From NCBI GenBank assembly GCA_963555815.3, contig CAUVWX020000001.1, positions 640,001 to 704,000 of the forward strand: a stretch of 64,000 nt of DNA, given 5' to 3'. Under the pieces are notes generated by a model. It was not told where the DNA came from and did no database searches. It saw nothing but the letters and a program-made list of their open reading frames with translations. Position 1 is the first letter of the stretch, and every line of letters begins with the position of its first letter. Both the position numbers and the translations under genes were made by a program. The DNA comes from a bacterium (GTDB taxonomy: Bacteria > UBA8248 > JACPRG01 > G963555815). Shown one piece after another: positions 19,203-28,855 of this stretch.

Positions 19203-19703
19203 TCAAAGCCCGCCGATCCCTTTGGATTTTTTGGCCACTTCCTCCGCCATCTTTGCCCGGTACTGCCGGAACCTCGTGGCGAGGCCCTCGTCGTTTAGGG
19301 CGAGGATCTGGACAGCGAGGATGGCGGCGTTTCTCGCCCCCGCCTTCCCGATGGCCACGGTCGCCACCGGGATGCCCCCCGGCATCTGAACGGTGGAGAG
19401 GAGGGAATCGAGACCCTTCAGGTGAGGGCTCTCAAGAGGAACCCCGATGACGGGCCGATCGGTCTCGCTGGCGATCACTCCTGCCAGGTGGGCGGCCCCC
19501 CCAGCTCCCGCGATGAAGACTTTTACTCCTTGGCCTTCGGCCTTCCGGACGTAGTCCCTCAGCCTTTCGGGCGAGCGGTGGGCCGAGGCGACCAGAAATT
19601 CATAGGGGACGTCCAAGTCCTTCAGGATACTGAAAGCCTCTGACATGACTGGATGGTCACTGTCGCTTCCCATCACAATGCCAACTAGGGGTGTGGAGGA
19701 CAT
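19203..19703 (-). CDS. purE: N5-CAIR mutase
   Basis: GIVMGSDSD, SAHRSP, AGGAAHLAG, STVQMPGGIPVATV. Confidence 0.97.
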   Translation of the reverse strand: MSSTPLVGIVMGSDSDHPVMSEAFSILKDLDVPYEFLVASAHRSPERLRDYVRKAEGQGVKVFIAGAGGAAHLAGVIASETDRPVIGVPLESPHLKGLDSLLSTVQMPGGIPVATVAIGKAGARNAAILAVQILALNDEGLATRFRQYRAKMAEEVAKKSKGIGGL

Positions 19704-19888
19704 TTTGGGCTCACACGTGGGCGATATATTCAATTTTCTTCACTAAAAACACCCTCGCAAGACTTGCCGCCTTTTAGCACGGGCCGAGGGGCCTGTCAAT
19801 CAAAGCCCCTTCTGTCTTGACCCGGAAGGGCATCTGAACCTATGTTGGTTTTTGCTGGACTGGTGCGGTTTTCCTGGGGGCTTTTTGT

Positions 19889-21277
19889 TTGACCGAAAGT
19901 TTGGAACTCTTCGAATCACCAAAGGGAAGGGGGCGTTCGTCCCCTGAGCCTAAAGAAGTCCGCCCTCTCGCCGACCGGATGCGCCCCAAAGATCTTGAAG
20001 AGTTTCTGGGGCAGCAACACATCCTGGGGGAAGGCAAGATTCTCCGCCGGATCATCGAGGGGGACGAGCCCACCTCTCTCCTCTTCTGGGGCCCGCCGGG
20101 CTCTGGAAAAACAACCCTCGGCCACATCATCGCCAACCGGACAGGGACCCACTTCGAAGCTTTTAGCGCTGTCCTCTCGGGCGTCAAAGAGCTCCGGGAG
20201 GTGGTTGCCGGCGCCCAGCACCGCCTGAGCGTCGAGAGAAAACGCACGGTTCTCTTTGTCGATGAGATTCACCGGTTCAACAAGGCCCAGCAGGACGCCT
20301 TTTTGCCCCACGTAGAATCGGGCCTCATCACCCTGATCGGCGCCACCACTGAAAACCCCTCCTTCGAGATCATCTCCGCCCTTCTCTCGAGGTGCCAGGT
20401 CTTTGTCCTGGAACCTCTCAAGGAGGAAGAGGTGGTCGAGATCCTGAGACGAACCCTCGTCTCTGAACAGGGGCTTGCGCCCCTTCGGGTGGACGCCGAT
20501 GAAGATGCCATGGGGCACTTGGCCCAAATGGCGAACGGGGACGCCCGGATCGCCCTGAACGCGCTTGAGATGGCGGCCCTGGCGGCCGCGCCAGACCCCA
20601 GGGGACGGCGCAGGGTCCGCCTGGAGGACGCCGAAGGGGCCCTCCAGCGCCGCGCCCTTCTCTACGACAAGGCGGGCGAAGAGCACTACAACATCATCTC
20701 GGCCCTCCACAAGAGCCTCAGGGGGAGCGACCCCGACGCTGCCCTCTACTGGCTCGCCCGGATGATCGAGAGCGGGGAAGACCCCCTCTACATCGCCCGC
20801 CGGATGGTCCGGTTCGCATCAGAGGACATCGGTCTTGCGGACCCCCAGGCCCTCACCATCTCCATCGCCGCAAAGGACGCCTTTCATTTCATCGGCCCGC
20901 CCGAAGGCTATTTAGCCCTGGCCGAGGCGGCCGTCTATCTGGCCACGGCGCCCAAGAGCAATGCCCTTTACCGGGCCTACGGCGAGGCCTCGCGCGACGT
21001 CCGGGAGACCATGAACGAGCCGGTCCCCCTTCACATCCGAAACGCCCCGACGCGCCTCATGAAAAAGCTCGGCTACGGCAAAGACTATCAATACGCCCAC
21101 GACCGTGAAGAGGCTTTTGTGCCCGAGCAGACCCATCTGCCCGACAACCTGTCTGAGCGCATTTACTATCAGCCGACAGACCGGGGCTACGAAAAATCCG
21201 TCGCCGAGCAGTTGAACCACTGGAGAGAGCTGGTCAGGAGGGCAAAAAAACCAGGGAAACAAGACCCTAAACCATGA
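19889..21277 (+). CDS. rarA: replication-associated recombination protein A
   Basis: [41 protein letters not shown]. Confidence 0.96.
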   Translation: MTESLELFESPKGRGRSSPEPKEVRPLADRMRPKDLEEFLGQQHILGEGKILRRIIEGDEPTSLLFWGPPGSGKTTLGHIIANRTGTHFEAFSAVLSGVKELREVVAGAQHRLSVERKRTVLFVDEIHRFNKAQQDAFLPHVESGLITLIGATTENPSFEIISALLSRCQVFVLEPLKEEEVVEILRRTLVSEQGLAPLRVDADEDAMGHLAQMANGDARIALNALEMAALAAAPDPRGRRRVRLEDAEGALQRRALLYDKAGEEHYNIISALHKSLRGSDPDAALYWLARMIESGEDPLYIARRMVRFASEDIGLADPQALTISIAAKDAFHFIGPPEGYLALAEAAVYLATAPKSNALYRAYGEASRDVRETMNEPVPLHIRNAPTRLMKKLGYGKDYQYAHDREEAFVPEQTHLPDNLSERIYYQPTDRGYEKSVAEQLNHWRELVRRAKKPGKQDPKP

Positions 21278-21333
21278 TAAAAGTTCCTGGATCTCCTGCC
21301 CGTTCGCAAGACAAAAGAGAGAGGAGAGGATAA

Positions 21334-21729
21334 GTGCGAGTGGTCCCGGCCCTAGGAGGGCTGCTATCTGCGGCGTTCTTTCTGACCACAGTCGCCGCCC
21401 AGCACCCTCACTCTCCACCGGGTCCAGCGGCCGAAGAGGAGGGACGGGTTTTTGAATTGCGTATCCAGGACCAAAAGCTAACGGGGGCCGATAATGTGCT
21501 GCGCGTCACACAGGGGGAGACGGTGACCCTCCGCTGGACGAGCAACGAAGCAATGTCCGTTCACCTCCACGGCTACGACATCGAGGAGCAGGTGAAACCG
21601 GATGCCCCCGCTGTGTTCACTTTCAAGGCCCACGCCACCGGCCGGTTTCCCATCGCCGCCCACGGACTCGGCGGGCCTGCGCACGGAGAAGAAACTATCC
21701 TCCTCTATCTAGAGGTCCACCCCCGGTGA
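21334..21729 (+). CDS. secreted cupredoxin-fold-like protein
   Basis: Signal peptide, 'VTQGETVTLRWTS..VHLHGYD', His-rich segments. Confidence 0.65.
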   Translation: MRVVPALGGLLSAAFFLTTVAAQHPHSPPGPAAEEEGRVFELRIQDQKLTGADNVLRVTQGETVTLRWTSNEAMSVHLHGYDIEEQVKPDAPAVFTFKAHATGRFPIAAHGLGGPAHGEETILLYLEVHPR

Positions 21730-23306
21730 GTAGACACTGGAGAAAGCGGCTGGTCGGCCTGGGAGGAATCGCCGCCACCCTCGGCTGGACTGTGCCTGCG
21801 CACGCCCACGCTTTCGGCCAGCGTTACGACCTGCCCGTTCCCCTTTGGCTTTATCTGGCCGGCGCGGGCGCGGCGGTAGCCCTCTCATTCGCCGCCGTGG
21901 GTCTCTTTGTCCGAGGTAACCCGGGACTCCATGCCTACCCCCGCCTCAACCTGCTTCGCTGGCGCGGGGGCCGTTTCCTCGCTCATCCTTTCACCCTCTT
22001 CGTGGTGAAGCTGTTCGCCCTAGGCGTGTTCGTCCTGGTCCTCCTCGCGGGCTACCTGGGAAACCAAAACCCGATCAGGAATGTGACTCCGACCATGGTG
22101 TGGATCATCTGGTGGGTTGGTCTGGCCTTCGTCTCCCCCCTGCTGGGAAATCTGTGGGCGTTGATCAACCCCTGGAAGATCGCCTTCGCCTGGGCAGAGG
22201 CCCTCTACCGCCGTTTTAAACCCGGCGAAGAACTTTCGGCCCGCCACTCCTATCCGAAGTGGCTTGGGGTCTGGCCCGGGGTCATCCTGTTCTTCGCATT
22301 TGCTTGGGCGGAGCTGGTATGGGACGGCAGCGTGGTGCCTCTCAAGATCTCCTTCGCGGCGACTGTTTACTCCCTCATCACCTGGTTCGGAATGTTCCTC
22401 TTTGGAAGAGAGCAATGGCTTCGGCACGGGGAAGCCTTCTCCGTGGTCTTCGGCATCCTGGCGCGGTTTGCCCCCACCGAGGTCCGGGTGCGGAACCCGG
22501 CCGTCTGTCAGACCTGTTCCTCAGTCGAATACGGGTCAGCCGAATGCGGGCACGAGGACAAGGGTTGTGTCAATTGTTACGAGTGCTTCAGCCGGGCAGA
22601 CAAATCAGACCGCGAGTGGAACTTACGGCCCCCCGCCGTTGGTCTTATCAGGGACGGGGGGGTCCCTCTTTCCATGGTCGTATTTGTCCTGTTGGTCCTC
22701 TCGACGGTCACCTTTGACGGTTTCACCGAGACCCCCCCATGGGTGAAGATTGTGTTTTCCTTCTACAACTCCTTTCAATGGATGGGCGGGTATGAAGGTC
22801 CCCTTATCTCCACTCTGGGGCTCGTCGGCTTCCCGATTCTGTTCCTGGGTGTCTATTTCATCTTTTGTGCCCTGATGGCTGCTGTCAGCGACAACCAGCT
22901 TTCTACGGGGAAGCTGGCCAGCCTCTTTGTCTTTTCCCTCGTCCCTATCGCCATCGCCTACCACCTATCCCACAACCTCTCCTTCCTCCTGGTCCAGGGC
23001 CAGGACATCATCCGCATAGCATCCGACCCCTTCGGGTTCGGCTGGGACCTTCTGGGAACGGCACAGTACCGAATCAACATCGGGCTCATTGGCGCCCGGT
23101 TCATCTGGTTCACCTCGGTGATCGCGATTGTGCTAGGCCACATCATTTCCGTTTACCTGGCGCATGTGATGGCCCTGCGGGCCATGCGAGAAAGGAAACT
23201 CGCCCTTCGCAGCCAATATCCGATGTTGGCCCTGATGGTGAGCTACACCGTGGTCAGCCTCTGGATTCTTGCTCAGCCCATCGTTGAAACCGCAACGGCA
23301 GGATAA
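21726..23306 (+). CDS. polytopic membrane protein with Cys-rich loop
   Basis: 526 aa, signal-like AHAHAFGQRYDLP, about 11 hydrophobic segments, loop CQTC...C...CVNCYEC; GTGA overlap with the upstream gene. Confidence 0.75.
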   Translation: MSRHWRKRLVGLGGIAATLGWTVPAHAHAFGQRYDLPVPLWLYLAGAGAAVALSFAAVGLFVRGNPGLHAYPRLNLLRWRGGRFLAHPFTLFVVKLFALGVFVLVLLAGYLGNQNPIRNVTPTMVWIIWWVGLAFVSPLLGNLWALINPWKIAFAWAEALYRRFKPGEELSARHSYPKWLGVWPGVILFFAFAWAELVWDGSVVPLKISFAATVYSLITWFGMFLFGREQWLRHGEAFSVVFGILARFAPTEVRVRNPAVCQTCSSVEYGSAECGHEDKGCVNCYECFSRADKSDREWNLRPPAVGLIRDGGVPLSMVVFVLLVLSTVTFDGFTETPPWVKIVFSFYNSFQWMGGYEGPLISTLGLVGFPILFLGVYFIFCALMAAVSDNQLSTGKLASLFVFSLVPIAIAYHLSHNLSFLLVQGQDIIRIASDPFGFGWDLLGTAQYRINIGLIGARFIWFTSVIAIVLGHIISVYLAHVMALRAMRERKLALRSQYPMLALMVSYTVVSLWILAQPIVETATAG

Positions 23307-23688
23307 GAACCTGCGGAAAGAAAGGCGTTTCCGTCACGGGGCTGTCTCCGTCTTATTGGGGGCCTGCCTTCTCATCAGCTCGTGCAGCTCTGAGCCACAC
23401 ACTCAGGGCCCAATGAATGACATTCTGGTTCACTTCTATGCCATCAGGACCACCCTGAACAGGGGATTCCTGGAGCTGTCTTCTGCCCTTGTGGACGCGA
23501 ACCACATCGAGGCGAGCGCAAAGGCCCTCGAGGGGACATACACGGAGCAAGCTCAACAGGTTTTTGCCGAAAGGCTTCAGGAAAAGGCGCGAGAACTGGA
23601 GGCCGCCATATCCGAAGAGGATGCTGAAAGGACCCGCCTTCTTTTAGACGAGCTTCAAACGATCCTGATAGACCTCAACGCCCTTTAG
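23269..23688 (+). CDS. hypothetical helical lipoprotein (start uncertain)
   Basis: Lipobox-like LLISSC after a hydrophobic stretch. Confidence 0.5.
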   Translation: MLSPSLKPQRQDKNLRKERRFRHGAVSVLLGACLLISSCSSEPHTQGPMNDILVHFYAIRTTLNRGFLELSSALVDANHIEASAKALEGTYTEQAQQVFAERLQEKARELEAAISEEDAERTRLLLDELQTILIDLNAL

Positions 23689-23714
23689 CTTGTCGTCTGG
23701 AGTTCACAAACTCG

Positions 23715-24833
23715 TCAGAAAAAATTCACTATTAGGAAAAAGAGAAGCCCGCTCAGCAACGCCGCCAATGGAAGGGTGATAACCCACGCCGCCGAAATTT
23801 CCGTCACGGTCTTCCGTCTGCAGCTTCGATTCGCAACGCCAATGCCCAAGATAGCGCTGCAGGAGACGTGTGTCGTTGAGACGGGCACCCCAAAGAGCGA
23901 TGCGGAAAGCACCAGCGTAGAAGTAACCAGGTTGGCGGAGAGCCCCTGGCCCGGACTCAGATCGGTAATGCGGTGGCTCATGGTCTCAGCCACGCCCTGG
24001 GAGTTCAGCCACCCTCCCAGCACCATCGCCGCCGTGACACATCCGAGCGCCCAATAAGGCAAACCTCCTGGGGCGATCAGCAGCAAGGCGGCGATCTTCG
24101 GCGTGTCATTCACGGCGCGACTGAAGCACACCGCCCCGGCGCTGAGGTAATGGGTGCGGGTCACGACGTCCTCGGCTTCCAGGCCGACGAATTTCCCCTC
24201 ATATCGCTCCTTGCAGTTTTCCAACTGATCGACACTGACTCGCATCCCTGAAGCGGCCAGGACGACAGAGCCGTCCGTCCGCACGGAGACGAGAACCGGC
24301 GGTTCTTTCCCGATGCAGAGACAGGTCTGTCGTGTGATGCCGTAGACCGTCCGAAGGCGGCGCAGGACTGGATAGCCGCCTGCCGCTATGGCGACGGCGA
24401 GCACCGGGCTCAGAAGCATCGGTATCGCAAAGCCGTTGAGGAGTACCCCCCAGTTCGCTTCGCTTGCCGAGCCCGCGACCGCAATTCCGGCGAGGGATCC
24501 CGTCAACGCGTGGGTGGTCGAAGTAGGAAGCCCCAACCACGTCGCCAGCGAAATTGTCAAGGCGCTCCCGACTCCGACAGCGATCAAAACCGGGGCGGTC
24601 CCAGCCAGATCGTCCGGGATCAAGCCCTTCCCGCTGAAGGTGGCGATGAGCTTCCCCGCCGCGAACACGGAGACGAAACTTCCCGCGGCCGTGGCGACGG
24701 TCGCCCACACAAGGGCCTGTTTAAAGCTCGCGGTGGAGCTTCCGTAAACCGTGGCGACGCCCTTAAAATTGTCGTTGGCTCCGTTGGAGTAGGCGAGCCA
24801 AAAGACCACCACGGCGAGAATTGCCATTGTCAA
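23715..24833 (-). CDS. PiT-family phosphate/sulfate transporter
   Basis: NGANDNFKG, GLPTSTTH, NDTPK, GVPVSTTH signature repeats. Confidence 0.9.
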   Translation of the reverse strand: MTMAILAVVVFWLAYSNGANDNFKGVATVYGSSTASFKQALVWATVATAAGSFVSVFAAGKLIATFSGKGLIPDDLAGTAPVLIAVGVGSALTISLATWLGLPTSTTHALTGSLAGIAVAGSASEANWGVLLNGFAIPMLLSPVLAVAIAAGGYPVLRRLRTVYGITRQTCLCIGKEPPVLVSVRTDGSVVLAASGMRVSVDQLENCKERYEGKFVGLEAEDVVTRTHYLSAGAVCFSRAVNDTPKIAALLLIAPGGLPYWALGCVTAAMVLGGWLNSQGVAETMSHRITDLSPGQGLSANLVTSTLVLSASLFGVPVSTTHVSCSAILGIGVANRSCRRKTVTEISAAWVITLPLAALLSGLLFFLIVNFF

Positions 24834-24934
24834 TGAACGAATCCCCTAAAGACGACGGCCGGACCAGGAGCGTTCGGCGTGAAAGATCCTGGTTGTGCGG
24901 CGCAGCTTGCTGTCCCTGGGCTTACAAAGACAAA

Positions 24935-26596
24935 TTATAGCCCACCTGATTGGTGAGGGGACAAAGACTGCGGACTCACTCTCTTGGCCCGAAGGTGTCC
25001 AAACCAGCTTGCGACCCCAGCCCCGGACAGGAACAAGACGAGAGGCATCAGGGTCTCCCGATGTCGAACCAGCGTGAAGATGTTCGCCTCGTAAAGGACA
25101 AGAAACTGCATGTCTACCGCCAGGTAGGCCAGGAGGAAAACGACGAAGGTACGCTGACGGCGCCAGGCCTGTCGCAGCCCGAATACAGCCGCCGCCAGGC
25201 AGGCAACCCAGAGGACAAAGAGGCCGTTTGCCGCGGCGCCCTTCAAGCCGGCAAGCTTTCCGGGCAAGGGCTCGAGCCAAAAGTGGTAGAGCCCACGCCC
25301 GTAGGCAAGGGAAAGCTCCCCGGAGTTCCACTCCGTGCGAAAATCTAGCGCCTTTCCTTCGTAGTAGCGGTCCGGCCAGATTCGGTAGGTCGTTCCACCG
25401 GCCCTCTCCTGGGAGTAGTGATAACCGTAGTACAAAGCCCCAAGATCCAGAAGGGTCCGATGGGCGGGGGGGGAGCGGACCAAGGCGATGGAACCCGCAA
25501 CTAGCCCGACGATAAGGAGAACCCGGGCGCAGGGACGAAGCCGTCTGAAGGCCCAGATGACCGTCACGAGAAACGTGCCAAGGACCACAGCCGCGAGCAA
25601 CGTCACACCCCACCTGCCCCTCACCAGGAAAGCGCCAAAGACGAAAGCGGCAGCCAGGACATAGGCCGCAGGCCTCCGTTCACCCAGGGCGACGAAGAGA
25701 GACCAGGCGGCCCCCATCAGCATAAGGGCATAGTAGGGCTCCTTCAGCATGTCGAGAGACCAGACAAAGGAGGTCGGAAAGAAGGCGAGGAGAATGGCGC
25801 AGGCCCTCGCGGTGGTGGAACCGAACGCCCGACGCGTGAGGGCGAAACCAAAAAGGCTGACGGCGAAGCCCACTACGGCGGTGATCATCCTCGAAGCGAT
25901 GACTTCATCGCCAAAGAAGTAGAAAAAGAGGACCTGGGGCAAGAGGTGCCGGGCGTCGCTGTGGACAAAAAGGAAGCTGCTTTCCGCCCGCCCTATCTCA
26001 ATCAGGGTGGCGGGAGACACCCAGAGCCCACGCCAGGCTCTGGCGATCCCCTGGCTGAGGAGGGTCCTATCCGCCCCGTCCCCAAAAAGCATCGGCACCT
26101 GCGATGGAAGCTCCGGGTCAAGGTAGCCATAGACGCGGCCCATTTGGCTGAGAACCAGGAAGATGACGGCGACCAGCAACAAGCGGCCGCCCAGTCCAAA
26201 GGCGGCAAGGCCGTAAAGGAACCGCCTTTCCTCAGCCGGTTGGGTGCGGACAAAGGCCCACAGAAGGAAGGCCGTGCCTGCCAGGAGGACCGAGAGCCCC
26301 GGGGCCGCCCAGGTGAGAAACCCAATGCCGACCCCGACAGTGAACGCCAAAAGCATCTTGGGGGTGAGCGGATTTCGGGTGGACGAGGCCTCTTGGCCTT
26401 CCGTGATCTCCCGGCCGCTCCCCTGGACGCGGTTTGAACGAAATAGAAGGACAGCGATGGCGACCACCGCTGCGCCCCGCGCCAGGTAGCCATCGAGAAA
26501 AATCCGGCTCCCCGTCGCCCACACCAGGATGAGATTGGTCGCGAGGGCTGCCCCTGAGACCAGCGCTAGGACGCTGGGGGTCAAAACCCTTGGCAT
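24935..26596 (-). CDS. integral membrane GT-C/ArnT-like glycosyltransferase
   Basis: 553 aa, many TM helices, 'FFPTSFVWSLDMLKE' GT-C-like motif. Confidence 0.6.
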   Translation of the reverse strand: MPRVLTPSVLALVSGAALATNLILVWATGSRIFLDGYLARGAAVVAIAVLLFRSNRVQGSGREITEGQEASSTRNPLTPKMLLAFTVGVGIGFLTWAAPGLSVLLAGTAFLLWAFVRTQPAEERRFLYGLAAFGLGGRLLLVAVIFLVLSQMGRVYGYLDPELPSQVPMLFGDGADRTLLSQGIARAWRGLWVSPATLIEIGRAESSFLFVHSDARHLLPQVLFFYFFGDEVIASRMITAVVGFAVSLFGFALTRRAFGSTTARACAILLAFFPTSFVWSLDMLKEPYYALMLMGAAWSLFVALGERRPAAYVLAAAFVFGAFLVRGRWGVTLLAAVVLGTFLVTVIWAFRRLRPCARVLLIVGLVAGSIALVRSPPAHRTLLDLGALYYGYHYSQERAGGTTYRIWPDRYYEGKALDFRTEWNSGELSLAYGRGLYHFWLEPLPGKLAGLKGAAANGLFVLWVACLAAAVFGLRQAWRRQRTFVVFLLAYLAVDMQFLVLYEANIFTLVRHRETLMPLVLFLSGAGVASWFGHLRAKRVSPQSLSPHQSGGL

Positions 26597-26620
26597 GTCC
26601 CTATCCTTTTTTGACTCGCT

Positions 26621-26985
26621 CTATTGGCAGGGCCGATCGAAGAGGACCTCAAAGGACATCACCTGGTTGGTCGAATCGTCCCACTCGACAAAGGCCTGAA
26701 CCCGGGCAGTCGCGCCCGCCTGGATTAATTTCAAAAAAGACCCATGAACAGCCAGCTGCGGATACGTCAGGTGCACAGACCGGCCGTGCTGCATCCCGTC
26801 CCCGGTGAAAAAAAGACGCTGTCCCCCACCACGACTGCCATCGCGGCCGTGCCCGGGGGGGGAATCAGGTTGAAAAAGACCCTGTTGATGCACCCCGTCA
26901 CACGCTCCGGCGCCCCCTCCCCTTGAACAACGAGGCCGGCGCCCAGAAGGAGCGCGATCATCAGGGCCCCTATGGTCTTCCTCAT
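26621..26985 (-). pseudogene. secreted hypothetical protein probably split by a homopolymer frameshift
   Basis: Signal-peptide ORF 26767-26985 joins ORF 26621-26893 if one T is added to the T7 run (plus-strand A7 at 26808-26814). Confidence 0.4.
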
Positions 26986-27107
26986 CTTCCTCCCCTCCTC
27001 TCGCTCGGTTTCCCCTTAAGCCACCTTTCGAACCCCCCCATCCCGGTCTTCCATCATCCGGATCCTGTCAGATTCACCCCCCCCCCTCTGCCGAGCGCGC
27101 ATCGCCT

Positions 27108-27926
27108 TCACGGGCTCACCGGGTGGGCGCAGCGGAATCCTATGTCGGGGTGGCGGTTGTCAGGTAGAAAGGACGCCCGATTGGCAGTCCGGACAAAGGC
27201 TTGGTCGTAGCCCCAGCTCCCGCCGCGGATAACCCGGGCTTCGCCTTCTTCCGGGCCGGGGGGATCTCGCTCCGGCGCTCTTTGATAGTAGTCCGCCTCA
27301 TACCAGTCGGCCACCCACTCCCAGGCGTTTCCCGACATGTCGAGAACCCCATAGGGACTGGCGCCGGCAGGATAGCTCCCGGGCGAGGACGAACGCCCCA
27401 GATCACTCTCAAGAGAGTTCAGGCGAAGAGGGTCGAATTGATTTCCCCAAGGATACAAGCGGCTGTCTGTCCCCCGCGCGGCCTTCTCCCACTCGGCCTC
27501 GGTCGGAAGCCTCTTTCCCACTCCCCTGCAATGCGACGAGGCTTCATCCCAGGTGACCTCCGTGGCCGGCAGCTTCGCACCACCAGGGGGAACCGTTCGC
27601 CCTACGAGGGAGGTGAATTTTTCCCACGTGACCTCCTCGCGGTCGATGAGGAAAGCTGAAATATGGACGAGGTGGGCGGGAATCTCATCCTCAAAAGAAA
27701 GAGAAGCCTCGGGGTGAGCCTCTCGCGCCGCCGTCAGCGCCTCCTGGGTTTCAGCCTCTTGGCTCCCCATTAAAAAGGGTCCGGCTGGGATCAGGACCAT
27801 AGAGGCCATGTCCACCCCGACGGATTCTTGTCCCTCCTCCGCCCGGGCAGTCTCCGAGGCAAAAAAAGACAAGAGGGCGACCATCCCCAGCGCAAGGAAG
27901 GGCTTGAAAATTTCCCCCCTACTCAC
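27108..27926 (-). CDS. FGE-sulfatase (SUMF1/EgtB/PvdO) domain protein
   Basis: RLPTEAEWEKAARG, DMSGNAWEWV, RGGSW, IGFRCA; signal peptide. Confidence 0.92.
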   Translation of the reverse strand: MSRGEIFKPFLALGMVALLSFFASETARAEEGQESVGVDMASMVLIPAGPFLMGSQEAETQEALTAAREAHPEASLSFEDEIPAHLVHISAFLIDREEVTWEKFTSLVGRTVPPGGAKLPATEVTWDEASSHCRGVGKRLPTEAEWEKAARGTDSRLYPWGNQFDPLRLNSLESDLGRSSSPGSYPAGASPYGVLDMSGNAWEWVADWYEADYYQRAPERDPPGPEEGEARVIRGGSWGYDQAFVRTANRASFLPDNRHPDIGFRCAHPVSP

Positions 27927-28140
27927 TGGCCTGTCTCTCCTGTCTCCTGAAACTGACCTCCTGGTGGTTGGCGATATACGTGATGACCGTGGGGATTAAA
28001 AAGAAGACGGAGATGAACCATGCCAAGGGGATGGGGGCAAAGGCCGCGACCAGATAGAGGAGGCCTTCACCGACCCCCTTTCGCTTGAGTTGGAAGAGAC
28101 CCGGGACGAGGAGGAGGAGCCAACGGGGAGAATCTCTCAT
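27919..28140 (-). CDS. small membrane hypothetical protein
   Basis: 73 aa, hydrophobic, overlaps both neighbours in the operon. Confidence 0.55.
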   Translation of the reverse strand: MRDSPRWLLLLVPGLFQLKRKGVGEGLLYLVAAFAPIPLAWFISVFFLIPTVITYIANHQEVSFRRQERQASE

Positions 28141-28847
28141 CGCGGCCTGGACAGAAGCTTTTGAACCTTCTGGAGGTCTTCCCAGACAGGCCGTCTCTGA
28201 CCGGGGTTTCTCAAGAGGTAGGCGGGGTGGTAGGTCGGCATCACAGGGATCCCCTGGTACTCTCGGAACTGGCCCCGGATCTTCGAGATCTTCTCCTCGG
28301 TCCGAAGCAGGGTCTGGGCGGCGAACTTCCCCAAGGCGAGGATCGCCTTGGGTTGAATGGACCTGAGCTGGCGGACGAGGAAGGGTTCGCAGGAGATCAC
28401 CTCGTCGGGAAGGGGGTTCCGGTTCTCAGGGGGGCGGCACTTGATGACGTTGCAGATATAGACCTCTTCTCGGCTAAGACCGATGGCCACCAGCATCCGG
28501 TTCAAGAGCTGGCCCGCTCGCCCTACGAAGGGTTCTCCCTGAATGTCTTCGTCCCGCCCCGGGGCCCCACCTACGATGACGAGGTCCGCCCGAGCGCTCC
28601 CGACGCCAAAGACGATGCTCTTTCGCCCCTGGCAGAGGCGACACCTCTGGCAATCGCCAAGGTCAGTCCGGACTTCATGGAGGGTCTCCTGGCGGAGAGC
28701 CGGTTGTCCCTTCGAAGGCATGGAGATCTCCGGGTCTGAGACGAAGCCCTCCACACCGTCCGCCATTTGGTATCCCAGAAAGGTCTTCAGATCGCCCAGG
28801 GCTTCTCGAAGGTTCTTGCGCGCGTCCTGAGGGGGAGGGCCTCCCAC
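28137..28847 (-). CDS. udg: uracil-DNA glycosylase, family 4 (4Fe-4S)
   Basis: CQRCRL, PFVGRAGQLL, NVIKCRPPENRNP, TYHPAYLLR. Confidence 0.93.
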   Translation of the reverse strand: MGGPPPQDARKNLREALGDLKTFLGYQMADGVEGFVSDPEISMPSKGQPALRQETLHEVRTDLGDCQRCRLCQGRKSIVFGVGSARADLVIVGGAPGRDEDIQGEPFVGRAGQLLNRMLVAIGLSREEVYICNVIKCRPPENRNPLPDEVISCEPFLVRQLRSIQPKAILALGKFAAQTLLRTEEKISKIRGQFREYQGIPVMPTYHPAYLLRNPGQRRPVWEDLQKVQKLLSRPR

Positions 28848-28855
28848 GGTTTCCT

